DNA of 64,000 bases, from the NCBI GenBank assembly GCA_024653775.1, contig JANLHZ010000037.1:1-64000 (forward strand), read 5' to 3'. Origin of the DNA: Planctomycetota bacterium. GTDB lineage: Bacteria; Planctomycetota; UBA8742; JACQVU01; JANLHZ01. The notes beneath the pieces are model-generated. The model saw only the letters and a program-made list of their open reading frames with translations. It made no database searches and was not told the origin of the DNA. A program made the translations under genes and the position numbers. This document shows positions 46,522 to 55,520 of this stretch, piece by piece (positions within the stretch are counted from its first letter, which is position 1; the number at the start of each line of letters is the position of its first letter).

Positions 46522-47174
46522 TGTCCACCTTCTTTTCTATCCGCGGCGTTTTCATCGATCAGCATCAGATTGTGCTTCGAGTGGCAATCTATGCAACCCT
46601 CGCCGGACTCGTACGCGTACTCCCGCTGATGCGCGGCCATATCGACCTGCGGGACCACGTTCGCGGGCCGGCCAGTGAGTTTCTGGTGACACTCGAGACA
46701 CGTTCCGTTCTGCATGGTCGTCGCGTCCTCGGCGTGGACGTCTCCGTAAGTGCGGGAGTGTCCCATCGCGCCGTGACAGCTTATGCAGGAAATCTTGAAA
46801 TGAAGTCCGAGCGCGAGATCGTCGATTTCATATTTATGGCAGCTTCCGTTTCCGCATGACTCCGAAGTCATATGCCTCGGCTCGCGATCGCTGGATTCGA
46901 CCAGCGCGTCCGCGCGGTAGAAGCCGTCCTGCCCGAAGGACTTCGGAACGAGGAAACCCTTCACCGCGAAAGCGAGGACGATAAGGACGACTATTATAAG
47001 CACGAGACGCTTCGTGTGCGAGGACGCGATACTCGCGTCCCTGTCGTAGAAGTCCTTGCCTTCCAGCGAAACGAACTTCGGAGGTCCGCCTTCACCGACT
47101 GGACGGAAGAAATAATACGTGACAATCGAACTCGCGATTGTCAGACCCATCAAGATTGCCCATGCGGCATCCAT
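46518..47174 (-). CDS. Membrane-anchored tetraheme cytochrome c (3 CxxCH + CxxxxCH)
   Basis: Two TM segments, LVPKSFG..G.YRA, then CGNGSCH, CISCH, CLECH and CIDCH. ATGA overlap with the FeS gene. Confidence 0.85.
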   Translation of the reverse strand: MDAAWAILMGLTIASSIVTYYFFRPVGEGGPPKFVSLEGKDFYDRDASIASSHTKRLVLIIVVLIVLAFAVKGFLVPKSFGQDGFYRADALVESSDREPRHMTSESCGNGSCHKYEIDDLALGLHFKISCISCHGAMGHSRTYGDVHAEDATTMQNGTCLECHQKLTGRPANVVPQVDMAAHQREYAYESGEGCIDCHSKHNLMLIDENAADRKEGGQ

Positions 47175-47640
47175 TTTTCACCGCCTATTCTGTGCGGACC
47201 ATCCGGGGAACGGATTCCGGAATTGAACAAGTCAGCGCCGGGTCCGAGCCTGATCGATGATCCGCCTTTTTCATTCGGCGAATGTCGAAGGAAGAAATTG
47301 TTTGTGTACGAAGTATTTCTTCGACACTAAAAACTCACACCACCTTAAACCAAACTGTTTTCCACCGGTCTGCCCCTGGGCTACCGCGACCGTATTGTTG
47401 TTAGAACAGGGATCGTCGGCGCTCTGGGTACAAGCTACCTGCATAAATATCTATCCTCTTAAAGCAAGGCATGGGATCAAAAAAATTATTTTTTTTTGAA
47501 ATAACTCACTTGCACCTTTGAATCAGAACACCTTGAACAGAAAAAGTGGAAACCGTGGACGTCATAAATTGAGTTCGAGCTTGTATCCCGCTCCGGCCGC
47601 GAGAATATTCAAAGAGTAATCACTAAACAGGGGGATTTCA

Positions 47641-48588
47641 ATGGTCAGAAACGTCATCATTATCGGTTCGGGACCTGCGGGCTATACCGCGGCTATTTAC
47701 GCTTCCAGAGCCAATTTACAGCCTTTGCTGTTCGCGGGCGAGCCTCCGGCCCATCTCGACGGAGGACAACTGATGTTAACCACGGACGTGGAGAACTATC
47801 CAGGCTTTCCCGAAGGAATCACCGGCCCGGAAATGATGGACAAGTTTCTCGCACAATCGAAGCGCTTCGGCACCGAAGTCCAGATGCGCAGCGTTACGAA
47901 GGTAGACCTCGAATCCCGACCTTTCAGGGTTTTCCTAGGCGAGGAGGTCCATGAAAGCAAAACCATTATTATCGCTACAGGCGCCGAGGCGAAGTGGCTG
48001 AACCTTCCGGGCGAGAAAGAACTCCACAACCGCGGAATAAGCGCCTGTGCCACCTGCGACGGCGCCCTTTTCGGCGGAAAAGTCGTAGGCGTGGTCGGCG
48101 GCGGCGATTCCGCGGTCGAAGAAGCGACCTTCCTTACGCGGTTCGCGTCGAAAGTCCATATGATCCACAGAAGGGACCAGCTTCGCGCATCGAAGATAAT
48201 GCAGGACCGCGCGCTTTCGAACCCGAAAATCGCGATGGAATGGAATACGATTCCCGAGGGATACTCGGCAAAGGAAGGTAAGCACGGACCCTCTCTCGCT
48301 GGTGTCAAGGTCAGGGACACGAATACAGGTGAAACACGCGAAATCCCCATGGACGGCTTCTTTATGGCGATCGGACACAAGCCGAATACCGACCTTTTCA
48401 CCGGAGTTCTCGATATGGACGAGGTCGGCTATCTAAAGACGAAGCCCGGCACGACATACACGAACATCGAAGGCGTCTTCGCCTGCGGTGACGTGCAGGA
48501 CCGTCACTATCGACAGGCAGTGACCGCCGCTGGGACCGGCTGTATGGCTGCGATCGACGCGGAGCGCTGGATCGAGACCCAGCACTGA
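47641..48588 (+). CDS. trxB: Thioredoxin-disulfide reductase
   Basis: IIGSGPAGYTAAIY, GGQL..TTDVENYPGF, CATCDG, GGGDSA.EEA, HRRD.LRAS and GVFACGDV. Confidence 0.97.
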   Translation: MVRNVIIIGSGPAGYTAAIYASRANLQPLLFAGEPPAHLDGGQLMLTTDVENYPGFPEGITGPEMMDKFLAQSKRFGTEVQMRSVTKVDLESRPFRVFLGEEVHESKTIIIATGAEAKWLNLPGEKELHNRGISACATCDGALFGGKVVGVVGGGDSAVEEATFLTRFASKVHMIHRRDQLRASKIMQDRALSNPKIAMEWNTIPEGYSAKEGKHGPSLAGVKVRDTNTGETREIPMDGFFMAIGHKPNTDLFTGVLDMDEVGYLKTKPGTTYTNIEGVFACGDVQDRHYRQAVTAAGTGCMAAIDAERWIETQH

Positions 48589-48670
48589 GCAATCAGGTCG
48601 AACCAATAGAGTCCACGATCCGTTTCCTACGGCGTCGCGGTCGAGGATTTCAACGCCGACGCGATTCTAT

Positions 48671-48783
48671 TAAGAAACTATTTCAAGCACCGATTTTTGG
48701 CATTTTGGAGCCTCCAGACGAGACGTCTGAAGGCTTCTGCGGACGAGGACGTCCGCGGTCCCGTCTGCTTGAGATAGTCTCTA
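48671..48783 (+). mobile_element. 113-bp MITE, family B copy 1
   Basis: TIRs TAAGAAACTATTTCAAGCA / TGCTTGAGATAGTCTCTA. Internal REP-like GCGGACGAGGACGTCCGCGGTCCC. Confidence 0.82.
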
Positions 48784-48869
48784 TAAGGTATCGGACTTGA
48801 TTTTCCGGTACAAATAGGTTAGAAACATAGTTGCCGGCCCGTAAACCTTTTTAAGGCGACGGTGAAGCT

Positions 48870-49844
48870 ATGCTTACCTCCAGAACAACCTTCCTCGCCA
48901 TTGCGGCGATTTCGATGATAACCGGACCCGCCCTCGCGCAGGGGGAATCCTCATCGGCGACAACGAACGCGGAATCGAGGTCGTACCTGCTCGAAGGCGC
49001 CTTCGATCCGGAAACCAACCACGAGCGCGACTGCAGAACCACCAAGGACATCAAGATGACCATGGAGTTCGTACGCGGACGCGGCGTCGACGTCGACACT
49101 GGTTCGTATCAGATAGAGCGCACCATCGATCGCGTACTCGAAAGCGAAGGCGATCGCAAGACCCTCTGCGAAAGGCAGTACATCGAGAAGTGGTACCGCT
49201 CGAATAACGGTATCCAGCGCTCCCGCAGGAGAAGCTCCCTCGAGGGATGCACCGTGATGATTCACGGCACCGGGGAAGCCTGGAACGATCTTGAAATCGA
49301 GGTGACTGAGGGAGAAGCAGACGAGAAGGACATAAATTACATCGTCCTCGATGATTACGAGCGCGCGCTCCTCCCAGGCAGAGAGTGCCATATAGGCGAC
49401 ACCTGGGTCAGCGAAAAGAACGACCTTCAGCTCATCTGGGGACCGAACTACAGGGAAATGACCCACGGCGAGGGCACGGGCAAGTTCATCGGCATCATCG
49501 AATTTGGGGACCAGCCGCACGCGGTGATCGAGGCGGAATGCATCGTCGAAGGGATCGAGGAGGAATACGGGATGAACGTTACAATAAAGACGAAGGCGAC
49601 GGTCCTCTTCAACATCGAGACGCAGTACATCGCTTACGCCGACGTCGACAGCGAGATCGAGACGGACGGCAAGATCCTCGCGATCCCCGCGTCGGGCGCG
49701 GGAACCGTCACCCTTAAGCTCCGGCCCGAAGGAGAACACGAAACGCCGCTCGCGAAAATCCTCGGCGGCGTCGAACGACTCGATCCGTTTTGCGAAAGCC
49801 GCAAGTCGGTTTTCCTCGCGGACGCGTTAGTAGTCTGCCCGTAA
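48870..49844 (+). CDS. Hypothetical exported beta-rich protein
   Basis: Signal peptide ending ALA-Q. The LLP.....IGDTW motif is seen in DUF6263-like lipoprotein-carrier folds (weak, by eye). Confidence 0.7.
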   Translation: MLTSRTTFLAIAAISMITGPALAQGESSSATTNAESRSYLLEGAFDPETNHERDCRTTKDIKMTMEFVRGRGVDVDTGSYQIERTIDRVLESEGDRKTLCERQYIEKWYRSNNGIQRSRRRSSLEGCTVMIHGTGEAWNDLEIEVTEGEADEKDINYIVLDDYERALLPGRECHIGDTWVSEKNDLQLIWGPNYREMTHGEGTGKFIGIIEFGDQPHAVIEAECIVEGIEEEYGMNVTIKTKATVLFNIETQYIAYADVDSEIETDGKILAIPASGAGTVTLKLRPEGEHETPLAKILGGVERLDPFCESRKSVFLADALVVCP

Positions 49845-49954
49845 GAAATTATCTCAAGCACCGATTTTTGGCATTTTGGAGCCTCCAGACGAGACGTCTG
49901 AAGGCTTCTGCGGACGAGGACGTCCGCGGTCCCGTCTGCTTGAGATAGTCTTTA
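49842..49954 (+). mobile_element. 113-bp MITE, family B copy 2
   Basis: Interior identical to copy 1. Its first TAA is the stop codon of the upstream gene. Confidence 0.85.
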
Positions 49955-50105
49955 AGGGCATAGACCGCCTGACGGCGTCGCTACTCTACGCTACAAGGGA
50001 AGTGAATTTTCTTCTTGCCGACCGATCCGAATTATGGAGTCGATCATCGTTTTTGACTTCGCAGGATCGTATAACACTTCCGCATTTTCTGTTTCGCGGA
50101 CGATT

Positions 50106-51086
50106 ATGGACGTAAAACACATTTCGGCGCTCAGCATCGGGACGGTTTGCGTCAGCAGCGCGGCGGTGTTCATCGTGCTTTCCGGACTCGCGCCCGCGAC
50201 GATAACCTTCTGGCGACTAGGCGCCATGACGCTGCTCTTCGGAGCGCTCGCGGGGAAGTCCGTCGTAACGGAACTCTCCGCGCTTTCGAAAAGGCAGAAA
50301 ATTTCGCTCCTCATCGGCGGATTCACCTACGGCGCGCACTTCGTCTGCTTCAATTACGGCTTCGTGCTTTCGAGCTATGAAAGCACCGTGATGCTCCTCG
50401 CGATCCAGCCCGCGGTGGCGATGGCGCTCGGCTACCTTATTCTCGGAGAGCGCACCGGAACTCGCGGTCTCGTCTCGACGATCATAAGCGCCGCGGGGCT
50501 AGTTATCCTCGTGTACCGCGACTACACGTTCAGCGCCACGCACCTGCTTGGCGATCTGATCGTCGTGCTCGGAAGCGTGGGGGTCGTCATCTCCGGAATC
50601 GCCGGCAGAAGACTTCGGCAAAAACTCAGCGGAAGGGTCTACATCGCGGCGCTGTCGGGAATCGGAACCGTCGTCGCACTGATTTCGATGCAGATTTTCG
50701 GGCACGAATTCACTAAAACCTCAGCGGGGACGCAGGGATGGGTCGCGCTCGGATTCCTTATCGTGTTTACAACCTTCCTCGGCCACGGCTCGTTCCACTG
50801 GGTCGTGAAGTTCGTGCCGCTGTTTTTCATCAACATCGTCATCGTTCTCGAGCCGCTGATCGCGCTGCTTTTCAAATTCGCGCTGCGGGACGTTTTTCCG
50901 GAATTCCAGGATTCCGCACTGACGACCTCCCACTACATCGGAGGCGCGATGATGCTCGTCGGCGTGTTCATCGCGTTCCTGCCGAGGAGGCTGAAGGATC
51001 TCGAAGCGCCCGCTCGGGACGCCCCCGCCGAGAACGCGCAGACGATCGGAAACGCGGGTCCGGTGACGAAGGGCGAGAACTCCTGA
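50106..51086 (+). CDS. DMT/EamA family transporter
   Basis: About 10 TM segments in two repeats. Motifs ITFWRL, LLAIQP...LILGER, HLLGDL and LEPLIA. ATG 50106 or 50034. Confidence 0.88.
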   Translation: MDVKHISALSIGTVCVSSAAVFIVLSGLAPATITFWRLGAMTLLFGALAGKSVVTELSALSKRQKISLLIGGFTYGAHFVCFNYGFVLSSYESTVMLLAIQPAVAMALGYLILGERTGTRGLVSTIISAAGLVILVYRDYTFSATHLLGDLIVVLGSVGVVISGIAGRRLRQKLSGRVYIAALSGIGTVVALISMQIFGHEFTKTSAGTQGWVALGFLIVFTTFLGHGSFHWVVKFVPLFFINIVIVLEPLIALLFKFALRDVFPEFQDSALTTSHYIGGAMMLVGVFIAFLPRRLKDLEAPARDAPAENAQTIGNAGPVTKGENS

Positions 51087-51121
51087 GAGTCTTCGCGGTA
51101 CGCTTTTAAGGGCGCGCGTCC

Positions 51122-51234
51122 TAAGAAACTATCTCAAGCTCCCGGGACCGCGGACGTCCTCGTCCGCACAAGCCGTCTAACGTCTCGTTTGACGGCTCCG
51201 AAATGTCCTGTTCGCTTGCTTGAGATAGTTTCTA
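51122..51234 (-). mobile_element. 113-bp MITE, family B copy 3 (inverted, diverged)
   Basis: TAAGAAACTATCTCAAGC ... GCTTGAGATAGTTTCTA. Internal GGGACCGCGGACGTCCTCGTCCGC. Confidence 0.8.
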
Positions 51235-51238
51235 AAGA

Positions 51239-51685
51239 TCAGGATTCCAGCGTCCTCATCCTCTGCTTGATATCCTCCGGCAGCGGGACGCTTTTCCCAG
51301 TTTTGTAATCGCACCAGACTACCACGCCCTTGCCTCTGCCGGCTTCCTTCCAGCCGAATTTTTCGCTCAGGATGCGATAGACCATCGTAAAGCTCGAGTT
51401 TCCGACGCGCTCGACCCCCGTCTCGACCCGCACGTTGTCCGGATACGTCAGCGGCAACAGAAAATCGCAGTTCGTCGACGCGAGTATCGGTCCGTGGTCC
51501 GGACGGTCCTCCGCCTCCTGATGGATCGGCCGCGGCGGCATCTGCACCTCATCGAAATACGCTATCCGTCCGCTTTCGAACAGCCGGAAGAATACTGTGT
51601 TGTTTACGTGCCCGAACGCGTCCATGTCCCCCCACGCGATCGGCGTGCTGAGTTTAACCGGGTACTTCGGTTCGACGTTTTCCAT
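51239..51685 (-). CDS. Acyl-CoA thioesterase (4HBT/YbgC-FadM hotdog family)
   Basis: WGDMDAFGHVNNTVFFRLFESGR and CDFLLPLTYPD. Confidence 0.92.
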   Translation of the reverse strand: MENVEPKYPVKLSTPIAWGDMDAFGHVNNTVFFRLFESGRIAYFDEVQMPPRPIHQEAEDRPDHGPILASTNCDFLLPLTYPDNVRVETGVERVGNSSFTMVYRILSEKFGWKEAGRGKGVVVWCDYKTGKSVPLPEDIKQRMRTLES

Positions 51686-51696
51686 CCGGAGAATCC

Positions 51697-52146
51697 TTAC
51701 ACTGGAACCTTGAACACGAGTTTGCGCACCTCCGTGGGCGATCCGTCGATCGCGCCGCAGGGGGAGTGGCCGTCGTCGGGGAAGAACACCGCGAACGAGC
51801 CGGGCGCGAGGGTGATGAAATCCATCCTATCACTGAAAAGCTGCTGGTAGTCCTTTGAGTCGTCGTAGGGGTTAGCCTTGCACTCGGTTCGTGCGACCAC
51901 GCCGATGCGCTCGGAACCCCGGGCAAGAAGCTGGATGTCGATGTTCTTTCGATGGCACTCGATGCCGCAGTCCGCGGGAAGGCGGGTGCGGTAGTCCTCG
52001 ACTATCAGAACCACGCCGTCGTCAAGCTCGTGCCTCCCCGTCGTGAGAGTTTCGAGTTTCGTATCCGCGAAGAACTTTCGCGCGACTTCGAATCTCGGAT
52101 GCACCCCCGCATACAGCTTGAAATTTTGTATCTTGTCGAAGATCAT
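51697..52146 (-). CDS. YhcH/YjgK/YiaL (DUF386) family protein
   Basis: MIFDKI, ECHRKNIDIQ, G.ERIG, FAVFFPDDGHSP and VRKLVFKV. Confidence 0.92.
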   Translation of the reverse strand: MIFDKIQNFKLYAGVHPRFEVARKFFADTKLETLTTGRHELDDGVVLIVEDYRTRLPADCGIECHRKNIDIQLLARGSERIGVVARTECKANPYDDSKDYQQLFSDRMDFITLAPGSFAVFFPDDGHSPCGAIDGSPTEVRKLVFKVPV

Positions 52147-52194
52147 TCCGTGGATTTTAAACGCGCGCGGGAGGCGAATCAATTCCGATGATAT

Positions 52195-52239
52195 AATATT
52201 ACAATAAATTCGTAGACGGTACGAATTTATTGTAATATT
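52195..52239. repeat. Perfect 20-bp inverted repeat with 5-nt spacer (palindromic element copy 5)
   Basis: AATATTACAATAAATTCGTA-GACGG-TACGAATTTATTGTAATATT. Confidence 0.88.
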
Positions 52240-52240
52240 C

Positions 52241-52311
52241 TCGGACAGGACATCCGAAGGCTTTTGCGGACATAGACGACCGCGGTCCCAAGTGCTTGAG
52301 ATAGTTTCTTA
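52241..52311 (+). mobile_element. Truncated MITE family B copy (right half)
   Basis: GAAGGCTTTTGCGGACATAGACGACCGCGGTCCC..TGCTTGAGATAGTTTCTTA. The terminal TTA is the stop codon of the M16 gene. Confidence 0.7.
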
Positions 52312-53955
52312 GTAATCGTCCGCGAGTGGGTCTCTGAGTGCGATCTCGTGAATCTCGCCGAAGTCGCTGAGCTTCGCTCCGTGGACACCGTCTCCGTTCG
52401 ATACCAGATCGATGGGGCCGACGACGAGAATCACGAACTCGTCCGGACGGATATAGCTCTGCGCGGTCACCTGTACGTCCCCGATACCCACCGCGGCGAT
52501 TCTGTCGCGATAGACGTCGTAGAGGTCCCGCGGGCGATCGTAATATTCGAGGTCCGCGAATACGCTGAGCGTCTGGAATTGCCCGGAGAACGTCGTCGGG
52601 AAGCGCTCGATATAGCTCGATTTCGCGCCGTCGATTTCCTTCGCGGTGACTTCGGTGTCACGAACTCTGTTCACTTCCTCCATCAGAATCTCGAGCGCGT
52701 ACGGAACCGACTCGCACTTGGTCTGGAAGTTGATCTCGAAGATTCCTTCTTCCCAGATTTCCGCGCCGTAGCGGCTGTAGACCGAATACGCAAGGCCCTC
52801 GTCGCTGCGGATGCGCGACATGATCCGGCTTGTAAAGCTGCCTCCGCCGAAGATGAAATTCAGAACCTGGAGGTTGTAGAAGTTCGGATCGCTACGCCTC
52901 GTTCCAATGTGGCCGACGCGGACGAAACCCTGGTTGATGGGCATCTCGACGTGGTAGACCCCGGCGCGCGACTTCGTAGCTTCGATGTCGACTCCCGGAT
53001 GCTCGGGGAAGGACGTCTCGCCTTTCTCCCAGCTTCCGTAGAGGTCCTCGAGCTTCGCGAGAACCTCGTCTTCGTCAAAATCCCCCGACAGAACGAACAT
53101 GAAATTCTGCGGCTGGTAGAACTTTCTCCACCAGGCCTGTAGTTTCGTCTGGGAGTAACCCTCGACCGCCTTCTTCGTCGTGCGCCATGCGAGGCGGTTA
53201 TCTCCGTACATCAGACGCTCGAACTCGCGCGCGGTGACTCCGCGGGGATCGTTGTTGCGATCCTTCAGTCCTTCGATCGCGCGATCCTTGTACTTCTGAA
53301 GCTCCTCGGCAGAGAACGCCGGTTTTCTAAGGACTTCGTCGAAAAGTTCGAGGCAGCGATCGAAATCCTTCATCAGGCAGCTAAGCGTAACCTCGCCCTG
53401 GTTGTATCCGGCGCTCGACGAAATCCCCGCGGCCATGAACGAAAGCTCCTCGTCGAGCTGCGCCTTTGTGTAATGCTCGGTGCCGCCGTCTCGCATCTGA
53501 CCCGCGGTGACTCCCGCGATGCCTACGCTCGACTGGTCGTCGTTCCAGCGCTCTCCGGTGCGGACGACAAGGCTCATATCGAAAGTGGGAAGCTCGTGAT
53601 CCTCCGCGATGTACACGGGAATTCCGTTCGAAAGCTGCTTGCGAAACGTCGCGCCTTGCGGGACTTCGAAATCGAGTCCGCCATAGGTGATTTCGTCCGG
53701 GTGCTCGACTCTGTCGCGAAGTCCATCCGGAATCCACTGGTTCTCTGTTCCCTGCCGCTGTCCAGGGCGCTGTCCGTCGACGAGCCTTTGCAATCTTCGT
53801 CCGAGCTGTCGCACGCCGTCGGCTATGCGTTCGAACGCGTCTTCGATCGGACCGTCCTTCGCGGTATCTTCGCCCGCGGCGTTCGCGAGCGGCGAGAAAA
53901 ACGACGTGACGAGTAGTGCAGCGAGAATGAGGACTGTGGTTCGTGTGCTTTTCAT
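52309..53955 (-). CDS. M16 (pitrilysin-family) peptidase, non-catalytic subunit, exported
   Basis: LSNGIPVYIAEDHELP and FGGGSFTSRIMSRIRSDEGLAYSV. HxxEH is replaced by GVTAG. Signal peptide from ATG 53955. Confidence 0.88.
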   Translation of the reverse strand: MKSTRTTVLILAALLVTSFFSPLANAAGEDTAKDGPIEDAFERIADGVRQLGRRLQRLVDGQRPGQRQGTENQWIPDGLRDRVEHPDEITYGGLDFEVPQGATFRKQLSNGIPVYIAEDHELPTFDMSLVVRTGERWNDDQSSVGIAGVTAGQMRDGGTEHYTKAQLDEELSFMAAGISSSAGYNQGEVTLSCLMKDFDRCLELFDEVLRKPAFSAEELQKYKDRAIEGLKDRNNDPRGVTAREFERLMYGDNRLAWRTTKKAVEGYSQTKLQAWWRKFYQPQNFMFVLSGDFDEDEVLAKLEDLYGSWEKGETSFPEHPGVDIEATKSRAGVYHVEMPINQGFVRVGHIGTRRSDPNFYNLQVLNFIFGGGSFTSRIMSRIRSDEGLAYSVYSRYGAEIWEEGIFEINFQTKCESVPYALEILMEEVNRVRDTEVTAKEIDGAKSSYIERFPTTFSGQFQTLSVFADLEYYDRPRDLYDVYRDRIAAVGIGDVQVTAQSYIRPDEFVILVVGPIDLVSNGDGVHGAKLSDFGEIHEIALRDPLADDY

Positions 53956-54184
53956 TCCATTTTCTCCCGAAGTCAGGAGCACGATGCTTCCTGGAGCCAG
54001 TGTTTTAAGTTGTATGACGGAATTGATTTCTTCGCAGGATAGCGGGAATTCTGATTTCGTGCAACATGTTCCAGAATTCAGATTGATGATTGAATCCGCT
54101 CTGACGTGGGGCGAAGATTGAAATCCGATAACCTCTCGCTACTAACGCAGCGGGGGCAGCGGAAACTAAACAAAGGACGATGCG

Positions 54185-55438
54185 ATGACCACAAAAGAAA
54201 ATGACCTCATATACGATTGGAACTTGAAGGGAAAGCGTCCGAAAAAGCCGCGGAAGGTGATGTTCGACGACGAGACGCTCCGCGACGGTTTGCAGAGTCC
54301 GTCGGTGAAGCATCCGACGATCGCGCACGCAAAGCGCATACTCGAGCTTATGGACAGCCTCGGAATCGACACCGCGGATATCGGACTTCCCGGCGCGGGC
54401 GGCGAACACGCGAAGCAGGTCCGCGCGCTCGCGAGGCACGCCGCGAAGAATAATCTGAAAATCGGCCTCAACTGCGCCGCGCGGACCGTGATCGCGGATA
54501 TCGAGCCGGTGGCAAGGCTCCAGCAGGAAACCGGACGCGCGATCGAGGTTTGCACGTTCATCGGCTCCTCGCCGATCCGTCAGTACGCAGAGGACTGGAC
54601 GATCGATAAAATGCTCGCGGTGACGGAAACCGCGCTCAGCTTCGCTGCGAAGGAGAGCGTCCCGGTTATGTACGTCACCGAGGACACGACCCGCGCCGCG
54701 CCGGAGACGCTGAAGAAACTCTACGGCCTCGCGATCGACCTCGGCGCGAAACGCGTCTGCGTTTGCGACACCGTCGGACACGCGACGCCGCACGGGGTAA
54801 CGCAGCTTGTAACCTTCGTGAAGGACCAGATCGTTCAGAAGTCGGGGAAAAAGGTCGGCATCGACTGGCACGGCCACCGCGATCGCGCGCTCGACATTAT
54901 AAACACCATCGCAGCGCTCGAAGCGGGGGCGGATCGTCTTCACGGCGCCGCGGTCGGTCTTGGCGAGCGCTCGGGCAACACCCCGATGGACCTTCTGCTC
55001 GTGAATCTGAAGCTGATGGGCTACATCGACCGCGATCTTTCCAGCCTCGCGGAATACGTCGAACTCAGCGCGAAGGCTACGGGGCGCGCGATCCCGGTGA
55101 ATTATCCGGTGTTCGGCCCGGACGCGTTCACGACTGCGACGGGAGTCCACGCCGCGGCGGTGATCAAGGCGTTCAAAAAAGGCGACAACTGGCTTGCCGA
55201 CCGGATTTACTCGGGAGTCCCCGCGGGCGACTTCGGAAAAACGCAGGCGATCACCATCGGCGCGATGAGCGGCAAAAGCAACGTGGTTTTCTGGCTGACG
55301 CAGCGTGGCTACGAGGCAACGGAAAGCCTCGTCGACAGCGTTTTCGCCTTCGCCAAGTCCAAAGGCGGCGTGCTTCCAGACAGCGACGTGCAGAAGTTCG
55401 TCAACAAAAAGGTCGGCATGAAAAAGGCCGGCAGGTAA
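54185..55438 (+). CDS. leuA: LeuA-family (2-isopropylmalate/homocitrate synthase-like) DRE-TIM enzyme lacking the C-terminal regulatory domain
   Basis: DETLRDGLQ, CDTVG, WHGHRD, GLGERSGN and TATGVH. Only 417 aa. Confidence 0.75.
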   Translation: MTTKENDLIYDWNLKGKRPKKPRKVMFDDETLRDGLQSPSVKHPTIAHAKRILELMDSLGIDTADIGLPGAGGEHAKQVRALARHAAKNNLKIGLNCAARTVIADIEPVARLQQETGRAIEVCTFIGSSPIRQYAEDWTIDKMLAVTETALSFAAKESVPVMYVTEDTTRAAPETLKKLYGLAIDLGAKRVCVCDTVGHATPHGVTQLVTFVKDQIVQKSGKKVGIDWHGHRDRALDIINTIAALEAGADRLHGAAVGLGERSGNTPMDLLLVNLKLMGYIDRDLSSLAEYVELSAKATGRAIPVNYPVFGPDAFTTATGVHAAAVIKAFKKGDNWLADRIYSGVPAGDFGKTQAITIGAMSGKSNVVFWLTQRGYEATESLVDSVFAFAKSKGGVLPDSDVQKFVNKKVGMKKAGR

Positions 55439-55520
55439 AGCGCGGGCCTGCTTTGGTCGATAAGAGGGACGCGACATATCTCGAACGCCACGGCGCGCCG
55501 GGCGCTCATGCAGACGAGTC

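Noticed and set aside
44634..47174. Nitrite reductase (nrfABCD), polysulfide/tetrathionate reductase or full alternative complex III
   Set aside because: No NrfA CxxCK motif, no molybdopterin subunit and no ActB/D/E/F equivalents in the operon.
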